A stretch of 64,000 nt of DNA from Chrysomallon squamiferum (Eukaryota; Animalia; Mollusca): contig CM022675.1 in NCBI GenBank assembly GCA_012295275.1, forward strand, positions 14,694,001 to 14,758,000, in the 5' to 3' direction. The notes under the pieces are model-generated. The model had not been told where the DNA came from, ran no database searches, and worked only from the letters and a program-made list of their open reading frames with translations. Each line of letters begins with the position of its first letter. Position 1 is the first letter of the stretch. Position numbers and translations under genes: made by a program. Positions 37,040 to 51,491 of this stretch are shown piece by piece.

Positions 37040-40000
37040 AGATCAGATACCTGGGTACCAATTTGCACATATTTTATAGTTTATACCTACAGTATATGCA
37101 AATATATGTATCTGTAATAATCAACATCAGTGTTTCACGATTACACAGTCAGCAGGTCCACCAAATCACTAGACAGGAATAAGCCATATTTTAACACAGT
37201 TGTTAGCACTTGAAAGCTAACACCTCTTTTGTGCCTTGCCCCATGACAGGACTAGTAATAAAAGTTGGGGACTCACCTGGGATCTTTTATTATTTGTTGT
37301 AAACATTCGTTTATTTTGCAACTTGTATAGTAACAGTTTATTTTCAGTATCTTCTTATGAACAACATTAACATATTATGAAAGGATATCAATTGCTTGAA
37401 TAATCCTAGTATTAATTTTGTCTAACGTGGTACAAGGGCAGAACTCGTGTTATTAGCAAAAAGTAAGAAAATTTTGATTGCGAAATGTGATAATTTTGTG
37501 GGTAAGCAACAGGTAACTGATAATGATAATGATGATGATGACCAGATAGGTGATGGTGGGGAGGAAATACTTAGAAACAAACCCCAGTATAGACATGCTT
37601 GCTAATGAGGAATTAACTACTGACCAGAGAATCAAGCTTAGAAGTTAGACAGAAAGAGAAAGATGAATTCATATAGGCAGAAAAACAGTTGGATAAGATT
37701 TTGAATGTTACACGAGAATAAGATGGAGGAAACAGATAATTTCTGAATAATGAGGCTTACCAGTCTGTACCTAATTTTGACAAATATGATATAGAGCGAT
37801 TCTTTAAACATTTTGAATGGGTTCCTAAAGAACTCAACTGGCCTCAGGACATTTGGTTCCTTCTGACACAGAGTAGATCGAGAGGGAAAGGTAGCAAAGT
37901 TAGAGCAATTTATCTGATGAAAGTGCTAGGAATTATCCCCAGTTAAAAGATGCAATTTTAAGGGCACACCAGTTAACTAGCGAGGTGTACAGACAAATGT
38001 TTAGAAACCTTAGAAAAAACTAAACAGAAACATTTAGTGAGTTTATGTCAAAGAAGACTGGTTGTTTGATAAACAGGCTCACTTAAATGACACTCAGGCT
38101 AATTGTGAAAAATTGTGAGAATCGATTATTATAGAAGTTAAGAATTGTTTGTCAATTGGTGTATGCGTACATTTAGAAGATCAAAAGGTGGTCACAGTAC
38201 AGGGGGAAGCAATTAGTGCAGATATTATGTTTTGGTACATATAGCTCAGAATTATGCTATGGAAAAGCTCTGTATTCTAAGACAATAACTATAGTGGATC
38301 TATTAGTTAATAGGTCCTGTAATTCAAACTGGATCTAACTGGTTTCATTCCTCAGGAAATGGGGGTCAACGGGTAAAACGACAAAAGGCAGCTCAAATGT
38401 TGGTAGCCCTTTGTCTGCAAATGCTGCATTGTTCAAATGGTGTCGGCCAGGGACGTCAACAAATCTACTGTGTTTAGTACTGGGATGCAGAATAATAGAA
38501 GTCCCAGGATGTAGACATATCTAATTGTAATTTCTGCACTGCATTTACAAAATTCATGGACCGAGCTAAAATGGACGCAACTCCAATTCCTAAGATTCAC
38601 ACTGATGAAATTCCCAATCTCAGGAAGAACCTAGATGGATTGTTAGCCGAGATTCCACATTTCAGTGCCGTCAAGACGATACTATACTGACAGCAAAACA
38701 AACCCTACCCTGACTACCTCAGACAAGACAGGATATCAATTTAAAAGGAGTGAGGTGATCCTTTTCTACACAGAGTTGAAGGAGGAGACCTAATACTGAT
38801 CTTCACAACTGACAAGACCTTTCAGACTGATTTTGGAAGAATGGCCCGTAATTCTACTCAAACTTTAGTTCTCAGTACACAACTGAGAGGGTATTTCTTC
38901 CACTACACTCAGTGTATTTGGTGCCATACACAAAGGTAGACCTGACAACAGAATATTCTGAGAATGATGAAATACAAAAAGTAGCAAGATGCACTTCAGC
39001 TCTTCCAACGGTTCCACTGGATAAAATTGAGGACAATTGGGCTGACAGTCCCCAAGGTACTCAGTTGACAACTATGCTACAAACATGTGGATAGAGGGAC
39101 CATGGTCACCAGAAATGTAGAACCATTCTTGCAGTGATAGTCACCGTACTAATAACCACTTGGAAGGATGGCATCATAAAATAAACAAAATTGTCCAAAA
39201 TTGTGTAAAACGTCAGCAGTATGTAATGGAAGTAAAATTCCACCAACTCCGGCACGAAAACACAAATACAGCACTATTGATGCCAGAATCTCTGTGGGTT
39301 TTTTTGTTGTTGTAAGAGTAGGCCATTCAGAAGGTTTGTTATTATTATCTCCATGATCCTTAACCATTGCTCATGCCAAAATATTTATTTTATTTATTTA
39401 TTCATATTGTAATACCCCCAATGTAAACAGCAATATGAATTCAGATTAAGCCCAATCAGTACAGCTTTCGGGTGGGATATTTGACACATAGGATTGAACC
39501 TTCTTAGTGGACCCTTGAAGATGAATTCATTTTTGTATAAAAAAACCCACTTATTTTAAAGAAATATTTGTATACAAGACCATCTGCTTTTAACAATCTT
39601 TTATCATCAGAAAATATATAAATGTTAAAATCTTGAAAAATAAGTAATTTAATTTGTAACTACATATATATATATAACAACAATATGCTTACACTTTTAT
39701 TATCCTAATTCTTATGTTTAATCCCCCCCTCTGTATTTGTATACTGTAACTTATTATACAACTGTTTCTGTTTTATAATTGTATTCTTGTCTGTTTTGGC
39801 AAATAAACTGAACTGAAATTGAATTGTAGTAACAGTAGTAGTAATAGCTGTAATACAGTATCTTTTGACTGCGCACACATCTATCAGGTAAAAAACAATG
39901 AGTACTGGGACATCGACATCATCATCACTGGTACATTTCAGCTTGTTCCACTAAGTACACACAATTTTAAGATCATTTATACAAGTTGTCAACTTCGTGG

Positions 40001-41700
40001 GCCATAACTGTTCAAACCAATGCAATGTGGGTATTGCAAAATGACAAATCATGTGATAACATGATAATCAGGAAGTTATGGGTTTGGTTCACACAGGTAG
40101 AAATCAGTGGGATGCATTAGATTAGATATATGTGTCACATAAAGCTAGGAAGGATAAACATGATAAATATATTTCTCACAGTATGTTTTGTGATGTATTC
40201 GCCCTACATCAGTAGCCATGTTTAGAGACACCGGGCCTTGGCAGAGTTAAACTGTTCAGAGATTGGTAGACAAGCAAGTTGAGCCATATATGGATGGTCA
40301 CTCTTCATGAATTTTATATTGATTCTACATTTAAGGGATGCATAGTAATGGGGATGATTGACAAACTGCCATTTGATGGGATGGACGTTTTGCTAGGTAA
40401 TAATTTAACAGAAAAGTGCTTCTATAAGGATTGTCAAAATCGAGAAGTGGTAAATAAACCTGATAGTTCATCAGCTCATAATGAGATTTACCCAGCATGT
40501 GACACTAAGTGTGCAATGTCTAGAAAAAAATGAGCCTTTAGGGAGAAGGTATCAATCTGGCTGATATTCAGTTAGCAAGATTGTTCGATGACAGTAACTT
40601 GCCAAGTCTTCGTGACAAAATTGAGGTGGAGTAAGACATCCCTGTGTATCAGAAAGACAACCCCACATTAAAAATGGTTTGGTCCAAAGTAGTGGACAGG
40701 CAAGAAACAAATTCTAAGAAGAAAGGATTGTATAGTCACAAAGGTTTCTAATCCAAAAATGGATATGTTATGCCAGAAGAGGATGAATCTATTGATGGGT
40801 ATTTAATGGTAGTAACTGAGAAGTACTGTCAACAGTTATTAGAGTTAGGACATAGTGGAATGTTTGCAGGGCATCTCCAGTGCACAACACCACATGCTGT
40901 TTAGCTTTGGATTTTTAATGGCCCAGTATGTACAAGGATGTTTCTGAGAACTGTGTGACATGTCATGTTTGTCAAATTGTCAGCAAGCCAAATCAGCAAA
41001 TTCCACTAGCCCTCAAGTCGATTCCTATAGTGCAACCCTTCCAAAAACTAGTCAGGGTATCAGAACTTATTGACCATAATGTGTGTGGTGAGTAGATTTC
41101 CCGAAGCGATTCCACTGCACAAGTACCTATGATAGCGATGTCTCATTAAATACAATGACAGGTTTACCTCAAAAGGTTCAGTCAGACCAAGGGTCTAATT
41201 TTAAATTCCCTTATCACAACGGGCTACTGTTACACCTGATGTAATGCAGTTTCACTTCAAATTGCACCTGCAGCATTTCAACGTTTGATGAACTCGCTGT
41301 TGGGACAATTAGAAAATATTCATGTTTACCTGGATGACATTATGATAGTTACACCTTCCAAGACCACATAACAGATCTTAGTTTTTACTCGACTGCAGAA
41401 TGCCCAGCTAACAGTCAATCTGGTGAGCAAAAATAATATATCTAGGCCACACTATTGGTCATGGACAAGTGGCACCACTCTCCACAAAGTAACCAGAATT
41501 GCAAGCTATCCAGTGCCAGTCAACCATAAAGAGATTAGACGATTCATGGTAATGGTTGGCTATTATCATCGATTTTGTCTTAATTTTGCAACAGTCGCTG
41601 AAACAATTACAGCCATGATGAAGAAAAATTAACTGTTTAATTGCACAGATGACCATATATGGTTTTGAAAAGCAAGGCAAGGGATGCTTTACATAAAGCA
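37040..41700 (+). mobile_element. Gmr1-like Gypsy retrotransposon relic
   Basis: LTR end followed by a tRNA-Pro-like PBS tggggactcacctgggat (37266-37283). gag VPNFDKYDIERFFKHFE; protease FRDTG. The integrase Zn finger (AGHL, WPSMYKDV..CVTCHVCQ) lies before RT (AFQRLMN..VYLDDI). Confidence 0.8.
38530..39300 (+). mobile_element. MULE transposase relic nested in the Gypsy element
   Basis: ALPTVPLDKIEDNW and HRTNNHLEGWH. Confidence 0.65.
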
Positions 41701-42771
41701 ATGTTTAAAACTATACCAAATAGTGGGTTTTTTAAGTATGGAAGTCATACCCATCACTGATGTGGTAGATAACTGATTACAGCCATTATTGTCATCCACC
41801 ATCCTTATTTAAAATTGAAACTGCTTGTGAAACAATTCTAAAAACAATGGAACTTTCAGATGATGAAGATAGTGAAACTAAAACAAAAGAACAATCAATG
41901 TGTACTTTGTGGCAGTGTACAACAACAAAAAAAAGAAGATTACTGCTTCAAATGCAGTAACAAAGAGGAGAAATACTAAAGATCCATTTAATATTAAAGA
42001 CTTCTCCAGTACCCACATGGTACTAGTACAAAGGCAGTGGAATTTGGTTTGACAAAAGAAAATGATGCAGCCAGATGGTATAAGCTACACTTGGAAAAGA
42101 CCTATCCTCGTGTTGTTGTGTCTATAGTAAGCTTTAAAGTGTGTGAAGATTTCCTTTTGTTAGGCACTTTGGCTGATAGAAAGTCAGTTTTCAAGAGGTC
42201 AAGTACTAGTTGAAGTAAAAATCCACATTTAGCTTGGGATATACCAACTATTATGGAAGCAACAAAAACCTTACCATGTTTGGTTACTCATGAAAATAAT
42301 TTAAATAACATATATAACTAAACAGAGGGTAAATAGCTAATGCACATTAATAGTACTTATAATTGTACATTGGTAGTTTTAAACTTGTTAAATACTACAT
42401 ATCAGCTTCAACACTCAATTATAGGGGTTTGGAAATTTGTCAAAAAAACTACAAATTTTGAATATGTCATCTGCCAAATTGTGCAGAGTTAAAGGTAGAG
42501 TCTCATCAAGTATATGGAATGTTTGGATTCTTTGAATGGCTGTTTCTGCAACTGGAACAGTTAATAACTGAACAATGATCATGGCCTCCCATTACTACAT
42601 GACTGCTTTCGCCCAAACCCAATTTGCAAGTGGGGCTATTTTGGCAAGATCAAGCACAATGCACTGGGAAAGAAGTCTATTAACAACTCTGCAGCCAGAA
42701 AACACTCCAGAGTCACATCAGTAAAAGTAAAATGCAGAAAGATGCAAATGCCAATGGGAGGTATAATATTA

Positions 42772-44068
42772 CAGGGTGGTCCAAAAGTAGATCTACAGTT
42801 ATTAAACTATCGTTTATATGCTTGAAGTTACTTGCTAAGTACAATTAACATAAAATCTTCCTTGGATCTAACTTGGATTTACACTTTTTCCTTGCTGCTT
42901 GCAATTTATTTCAATTTTGTAAAGCTAACTTTTCATTTTATGATTTGTTTTATTTCAGGGGTAATGGCAAATAATTTAAATCAAGAGCAAAGAAAGTGGC
43001 TATTAAAGCAGTATTGGAAGTCTGAAAATGCTGAGAAGGTACATACAGCATGGCAAGAAGCTTTTCACACTAGACAATTTATAGCATAAGGAATAAATTT
43101 GATAAAACTGGTTCAGTGAGTAATGCATCTAAATCTGAACGTCTTGAGACTTCTGTGATTGTAGAAAATGAGATGTTAGAGATGCTATGACATTTGTGAA
43201 CAGTCCAAAGAAATCCACACAACATGCTTCTGCAGAACTATCCATACCAAGAACATTATTGCAACGCTTAATGCATAAACTGAAATTAAAATCTTACCGA
43301 CCATGACTAGTACATGGTGTTTTGGAGGATGACACAGATTGTCAGCTGCAGTTCTGCGAAATGATGTGTAACCAATTTGCTGGAGAAAAACCAAACTCTT
43401 TGGATAAGATTATCTGGTCGGATGAGGCTTGCTTCAGTTTATCTGGTCATGTGAACAGGCATAACTGTGTGTACTGGGCTGATGAAACTCCTCATTTGAC
43501 CATAGAGACTGAACTAAACCAGCCTGGTGTTACAGTTTGGGGTGCATTATCAAGTGAAAGTGTTGTTGGGCCCGTTTTTTTTAATGGAACTGTAAATGGG
43601 GAGAACTACCTGGACATGCTTCGTGAAACAAACCCAACTTTGATGAATTTTTCTTTCTGCAAGATGGAGCACCACCACATTATGTGTTGAGAGTAAGACT
43701 GCCGTAATCAAGCCTTTCCAGTGTTGGTTCAGAAGAAGTGGCAGCATCAAATGGTCACTGTGTTCACATGACCTGACACCAATGGATTTCTTTTTTGGGG
43801 GTGTTGTCAAGAACATTGTCTGCGAGAAGAATCCCAAAACAGTAAATGAATTAAAAGATTACATTCATGACGCATTCACAGAAATCGATGAAGATCGGAA
43901 TTTGTGCCGCACCATGTGACAAAGCATCCTGGAAAGGTTTGAAGAGTGTTGAAGGACATTTTGAGCACCTGAGAGATTAAACAGTTTCTGTTTAATGCTT
44001 GAAACATGTTTATATTTTAAAATAAATTGCCTACGTAATAACTGTAAACCAACTTTTGGGCCACCCTG
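42772..44068 (+). mobile_element. Tc1/mariner rosa-like element, defective
   Basis: TIRs cagggtggtccaaaagt / acttttgggccaccctg with TA TSDs. Motifs IIWSDEACFSLSGHVNRHN, QDGAPPHY and DLTPMDFF. Confidence 0.9.
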
Positions 44069-47000
44069 TATATAAAGTTCTCAAAAAGAAGGATGCAGAA
44101 CGATCAAAACAACTTCGATTTCAGGCAACACCAGAAGAGAAGAAGCAAAAAATAAATAAAATTCCAGACATAGATCTCAGGCCTGTCGATAATGTTTTTG
44201 TTTACATGTTAACACTTTACACACATTTACTTGATAATAGCACCAAATCTTATTAAAAATATTTATTATTCCATTATAGCTATTTTGTGTACTTTGCCAG
44301 ACAATTCACTTTTTTCATATACAAAGTAAGTTGTATTTCTGATCTTTTACAGAAATTAGCAATAGTACATGCAAAACACAGCATGTTCTTAAATACTAAT
44401 AGAATAACATTGTTTTGTTTGTTTTCACCATTATGATAAATCCACTTATAATTACCTATGTAAATTTCCAAGTGATTTGATTTTTTTTCTGAAAATATAT
44501 TTGTGTCTTAATGTTTATTTTTAAGGGAGAGAAAGAAGGTTGCAATGCCCACAGACCCCAGCAGGTCATCATCAAATCCTGTAATCAGAGATGAAAAGAA
44601 AACACCTGAACACAGAGAATGCAGCAGAAAGGAGCAAGCCAGACAACATGCCAAAATGACAAACCTCAAGAAATGGCGTCAAATTGGTACTACTATAAGA
44701 AAATAGAGGAGAAAATAGTCAAACAAATGTTTTAACAAAGAAGTTACAGCAGAAAACTGAACAAGATGTTAGGAGTCCACAGATGACATTTTGTTACTGC
44801 TGAAGCTTGATGTGCAGTTGTTTACAGAATGACAAAAACCATAAAGATTAATAACTTTCTTGGTAGTTAATGTGAAGCAGTATGCTCAACATTCCAACAA
44901 TTTCTTAAAGAAATGGAATTCATGGCAATTCAATACACCTCCCCAACAACCCACCCCAAAAGCAGTATGTTCAAACAAACAAAAGATCTCTACACTTGCA
45001 ACAGCACTAAACATCATGAAAAACAAGAAGAATAAAGCAACTTTAACGTGTAAAATAATTTTAAATTATGCAGCAAGTAAGATTTCTGGTAAATACAGCA
45101 GTGCCACAGCTATCTACTGACAAAAAAAAAAAAAATCTTTGATCAGAGTTTAAAAGACATATACACTGCATACATTCAAGAAAACCCTACACACAAAACA
45201 AGCTTTTGCTCCTTCTGCAGACACAGACCAACAATCATTATCATACACAAAAACCCTCTTCATCCAATGTGCAAGTGAATTATACCATAATCCTGTCAAA
45301 AAATTAAAGTTATCAACATCTTGTTAATAAAATTGATATAGAAGGTGGATTGAAAAAAAAAAAAATGATTGAAATAACACTGTCCTACATCAGAAAAAAT
45401 TTCAAGATTGAAATGCATTGACAGAGTGGCCAAAATGTGGAGTACTTATATAAATTGCAAAAACTTCTGGATCAACACAAGACAGCAGCAGAAACCATGC
45501 CATTATCTGTCACAATTTGAATATTTGCATAATTGTTCAAACTGTCATTTCTTGTAGTTGCTTGGGTAATAATAATAATGTCTTTTTCATGTATGTATTT
45601 GTATATATTTATTTTTAGTATGTTTTCATTATGTTTTCAGTACAATTCCACTTATTGGGAAACACTCATTTTTGTTTGGCCATTCATGCAAATTTATCAG
45701 AATGAAACAAATTATTAGTACTGTGTCATGTTAGTACTATGCCTAGTTCTGTGTCTTTGAATTGTAACAAACTATAAATATGAAAAATGTATAATAATGT
45801 TCAGCTGAAGCTTGAGATGATGACAAGAATATTTTAATATATTGTATTACCAAATGTTTTATGAATTTCTTTGGGTCTTTTAACTTAACATGAAAAAAAA
45901 CTGTATTTGTGCAATGTAAAAATTTGTTTTTTTAAATGCTTTTCAAGGTTATACTTAATATAAAACCAAAAAATTAAAAGGACTGACTGGATATTATTGA
46001 TGACATGACATTTTCCTTCTAAATTAACAATAAAAGAATATTTATTAAATAATTATTTTTTTCAGACATTTAAAGCAGTCTGTCTGAATAAATTAATGCA
46101 TGTTTAGCAACATGCTCCAGTTATTATAACATTTTGTTCGATTTATTTTCATGTTATCAGTTACATCTCATAATTCCTTTAACATCAACAAAGTATCCTT
46201 TAGTTCTTAAATTTATATATAAAAATAAAAGTAACACTTTTCATTAATATTAACATTTTCAATTAAAAATTATTTTCAAAATAATGCCTTTGTGTCACAC
46301 ATCAAGGCTCACCTTTTGAAAATGGGTCATATATATACATACATACATATATGTGATGATGTAATCACAACAAAAACCCAGAAAGAAAGAATTAAGATTA
46401 TGTCTAGAAAATGCTTTGAAGATCTGAACTTCTGAAGACTGATCAGTTTCCCAAATTATTTTGAACCCTAGATAGAAGACATTAGCCTAATTTTCTCCAA
46501 ATTTTTCATATTCTAGAATATATGTACTTTAATACAAGGAAGGCAACATACATTGTAATAAATACTTACCAGTTTGCTTTACCAAGGCAACACAGTTTTG
46601 AAGCATGTGTAATTTCAACAGATGGGCCATTGTTAAATCTGAATGCTTGCAGCTGGAAATTCATCAAAACATTGGTCAGTAGTTTCCTGCTTTTAAAGAT
46701 TCCCAAGATTTTTGTACCAGGCAGCTACAATTAAGTCATTAAACAATCAAATACAAATAATAAAGAAAAACCAACCAACTAGCAAATAAAGAAACAAGAA
46801 AGTACAGAAATTAATTAATTAATTCACAGAAAAATAACTAAACAAAGAAAGCAATAAATAAATAAATTTCTTGAAAGTTGTACCGAAAATGTCAGTAGAA
46901 ATTTGTACTAAAATTTCATGGTGAAAATCTGCACTGAAAACACATTAGTGGTAATTTACACTGAATACTGATACTGGAAACATATTCAAACAGTTTAGTG

Positions 47001-47659
47001 AAAATTCAGCTGACCCAGAGTACTAAGATTACCTGTTATAATCAACACTGACTCCACATTTTTTTCTTTGAGTGTTTGTTGCCACACACAATTCCAAATA
47101 AGTAGCTTCGGAACCTTCTAATAAATTTAACACAAAATTGATAAATACAATGGCTTTTGTTGTGAAGTATATATAATACACACACACACAATCTCATACA
47201 AAAATAATGCATGCATACATGTCATTGAGTGTGTCAAAATTAAAAGGATCCATTGATTGATGGATTATTTGCTATGAAGGGGAAATGGTTCCAACCAAAA
47301 ATATCATGTACAGAAAAAACACTGATACAATACAATAATTCTGTGTCTAGTAAACAGACTTTACTGTTAAAAGAAGATTTGGGGAAAATTATCTGATTTC
47401 ATTCCATTAAGTAATCTAATGTAAACAGTGACTTGATTTGATTTGAATAGTCTCATGTAGTAATACATTTCATACTACTGACCTTTTTCCTCATTTTCTT
47501 TTATTTTTATTATATTTTTTTAAATTTTAATATATATTTATTTTAGCTCTTTAGCAGTACATATAAAATAAGTGAAAAATAGTAAATTATTACCTGCTGT
47601 TTTCAACTTTTCAATGTTGAGATTCATGCCATGTTTCTTCAACATCTAATATTTGTCTG

Positions 47660-47830
47660 TAACATGAAGATCATACCACTGCAGTTTACCAGCATTCTTT
47701 GTAGTCACACTGAAGCCGAATGAAAATGTTTTTTATGAAGATTAGCTCCAGAGGTTTGTGGTCATTAAAAAAGTTATTGTTTTCAACTGTATGTAACAAT
47801 GAAACTTGCCAGAGACAAATAACTGAGATC
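47660..47830 (-). mobile_element. Gypsy RNase H fragment
   Basis: Across frames it reads KFHCYI, DHKPLELIF, RLQ and KLQWYDLHV. Confidence 0.55.
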
Positions 47831-48899
47831 ACCTCATTAAAAAGATACTAATTAATATAAAAAATACAATTTCAAAGAGAACAGCAACAAAGGAGACATT
47901 TTATAACCTGTGTTACAGACCGGAGCTATTATCATCAATATACACTTGTTGGAACAGAATGTCACAGACTAAGCAAGAAATAACATTCAGACTCAATTAT
48001 TTCTACTCTGGACTGCATATTCTTGTAAATTATGCAGAAATCTCTGATACTGTTAGTCAAACTGTCATCCAAAGTTATGAAACTAACACAAATGAATCTC
48101 ATGCAGAGAATTGTCATTTCAGTACAAAGGAAGAGTGGACAGTAAATGAATGTTTGCCAAGGCAAGGGCATGAAAAAAAGAAAATGGACGATTGTTGATT
48201 TGAAAACATTTCTTCTTGACAAATATTGTAATAACAAATTCTCATTTTCAGCATCCAGAGACAGCAGATTTAACATTTTGTTTTAAAATTCTGAAATAAT
48301 CTATTTTTTGAGAAAGTAAATAAGCAAACCAAGTCCAAAAGGCAGTGTCATATGACATGAATGAAACAGACTATTGCCATCATAACAGCTTTAAGAATGT
48401 GTTCAAAAGTAATGACAGCACCATTCTGGAGAGCACCAAACACCAAGAATTGTTCACTAGTGACTGCCACAGGTACACCAGTTTCTTGAAACTGAAGTGA
48501 CTGCTTGGATATACTATGTGGAGAGCAATCAGCTTTTCCAGACATCATGAAAATAGATGACATATATAAATAGCATAAGTATTCCTTGTCTCATTTTTTT
48601 ATTTTTTTTTTTTTTTGAAAATAAAGTTGATTTAATCAACTGGTTTTTAAATGTATCTGTAAAAAAATATATTTAATATAACCATGCAGATATATCAATC
48701 AGGTAAAAAAGGAGCTCTGTTTGTGAAATACCCCCATGTGTTTTTGTAAATACCTGTTATATGTGCTGTATTTTTTGTTTTTATTCCTTGTATTTATATT
48801 TAGTAAATTATGTTTTGTAAACTGCACCACTGCCAATAACATTAAAGAAAAAAATAAATAAATAAAGAATTAAAATGAACAGCTTATGCAGTGAAATGT

Positions 48900-49680
48900 G
48901 CCATATTACCATTTTTTTGATAATGGCACTTATTGCTTGTTAAAGCAGCAAGTGATCACCTGCCAGGCAGTGTTTTGCAGATGTTGACATCACAAAATTA
49001 GCCTTGGAAATGGTGTCAGTGCCCAGACAGTGTGTCTGCACTTTTTGATGCATTGACACATTTTTTGACATAATGCATAAACACTGTAATGTTTTCCCTT
49101 CAATAGAGAATGGCTAAACTCTCTTCCATCTGAGATATGTATCTGGACATGTTAAGTAAAAAAAGGGAAGTACTGCATGCCAAATGTAAAACATCAGACT
49201 CCAGAAAAGTGTAATGAATTGTTAAAATTAAAATGAAGAGATACAGAAAAGGAAAGGACCAGTTGAAACCCATGGAAAATATAACATATTATTATGGATT
49301 ATGGCAGTATCCTGAAATTATTGATCAGGGTCTAAATGATATCCCATCCTTCACAGTAAAGAAGGATGCACTTAAAGCACAGTTAAAAAAAAATCTACTG
49401 GGCCCAAAGATATTTCATATTTCAGAAGTAGGTGAACAATATAGCATTCAGAATTAGTTGACAATATTAAGAATTTAATTAGATGTTCATTAAATAGTCC
49501 ATCAGGTGACAGTGTCAGTGCTCCACTTGTTGGAAAAAAAGTTGTACACTTCCAAATGAATCAGAGTCCAGATGCCATACATTTTTCAGGTACTATCTGC
49601 TACACCTGGAAAAGCACACCACATAAAAAATGATCCAGCAGTTTATGTTTACTGATTAGCTGAAGGTAGCAAATATGAAA
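48900..49680 (+). mobile_element. C-terminal relic of a transposase similar to 33950-36600
   Basis: DHLPG, EWLNSLP, YYGLWQ..KKDALKAQL and LVGKKVVH. Confidence 0.45.
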
Positions 49681-50184
49681 CTGCATGCTTTGAAAATTAC
49701 TGTTCACCACTATTTGTTGACATGTATTCAAAAATCTGACAATCCATTGCATCGTAATTTTGAGAAATACGAGAAACACTCCTACTCATCTACGTAACTT
49801 ATGTAGTATTTATACGTTTCCTTGAATTTTGAAACACAAATTGGGATATTTGTTTTTTGACAACAAAATTTTAATGTGATACTAATATTCTGTTTTGCAT
49901 AGGTCTGTTCGTTCTATTCCACAATTTTTTGGTCATAAATTGAAAACCAATGGCACAATAATTGATATACATGTATTTAAATATTTTAATTCTATGCATT
50001 AACGTATTAATATTAATCCGTTACATCTTTGTCATTAAAAAGTTTATTTGTTGCTGCCCTTTTTTTTTCAATACGCTATATAAACATGATTATATATTAT
50101 TTATTATTAATGCATGCATAAAACAAGCTTCTGAATTATACTTAGTCTTTTTCTTTTCTTTCCAGTAAAAATAATCAGACTTAC

Positions 50185-50582
50185 TTTTATTTCTGACATA
50201 CCATAATGATGATGATATCTAATTATCGGCAATCGGCCGTCTAATACAAAGTGACTTTTTTCATCTTTTGAATTCTTGATATAACTATGATGCATCCTAG
50301 TCCATCCATGGATAATCAAAATTGATAAATGTCATGGTTTTTTTTTATATGCCTGAGCGTTTTTCGCTTTCTGACATGCTATGGAGTATGTCTTCGAACA
50401 CAATCACTATCATATTCGCGCGTTGAAGATGACCTTGACACAGAGCTGCTTCCGCTTTCTTGTTGTTTCTACCATGTGAGAGATTGTCCATATATCTTCA
50501 ACAAACTAGGGTTATTTCTCCTTGACATTTATTTAGATGATTTCGTCCCCATACCAATGTATTTGACCGAAAGATAGTGTTC
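50185..50582 (-). pseudogene. Decayed exon, weakly TIR-domain-like
   Basis: Canonical ag/gtaagt ends. NMIVIVFEDIL..TLRHIKK..TFINFDYPW resembles a TIR C-terminus. Multiple stops. Confidence 0.25.
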
Positions 50583-50711
50583 CTGAAATAATATCTATCG
50601 TATAAACAAGTAACGATAGGTGAGATTATTTTAAAGAATCTATGACGGAAAAAGAATCTCTATAATTTATTTCAAACCGTTTGGAAAAAAAAAAAAAAAA
50701 AAAAAAAATTA

Positions 50712-50742
<31 letters not shown>

Positions 50743-51491
50743 TTATATAATTCATTTTTTTTCTACTCCTGCATAAAACTTGTAATTTCTAAATAAAATA
50801 AAACTGGACATGATTCAGAAACATAACATTTCATTCAAAGACCCTAACTTCTGATGATTAATATTACAGTTAATGGAGTTATTTTATTTTAGCATTTATT
50901 TATTTTGTTAAAGATATCAGCAATAATATGTTTATTTAGTTATGTTCTAGTTGCTTTTTGTTTATTACGAGAACAACAAAATGGAATTCTGCAGTCACCA
51001 TTTTATAATCTACTATTTTTAACTTATATTAACCTTCCCTCAAACAATGCAGGAGATAGCATGAAATGTTTCAAGCCAGAATCCAAATACATGCACACAG
51101 GTCATAACACTGGCTTGAAAAACAACGGAAAGCTGGCTCAAGCCTCATCATTTCCAGCTGAATGATTTGAACTACTGTTCACTGATTAATTCTTTGAGGA
51201 TACTTTCACCTATGAGAAGGTTCATATAACAGATCATTTTCTGCCGAGAATATTTGTCATAATGTTTAATATTCAATAGAAATTAAATTGATATTCTCTA
51301 GCGATATGATGAAACAAATTAATTCTGTTTATAATATATACGTAACACTAGTAGACTAATATTAAGAAAAAATATTTAAAATTTCAAAATTAAATTTAAA
51401 AACTTATCTTATAATTGTTTTAAAAAATGTTTGAATTTTATTAGAAATAGTTTTATACAAAATAAACAGCAAAAACAGCTGAAGTCAAATA

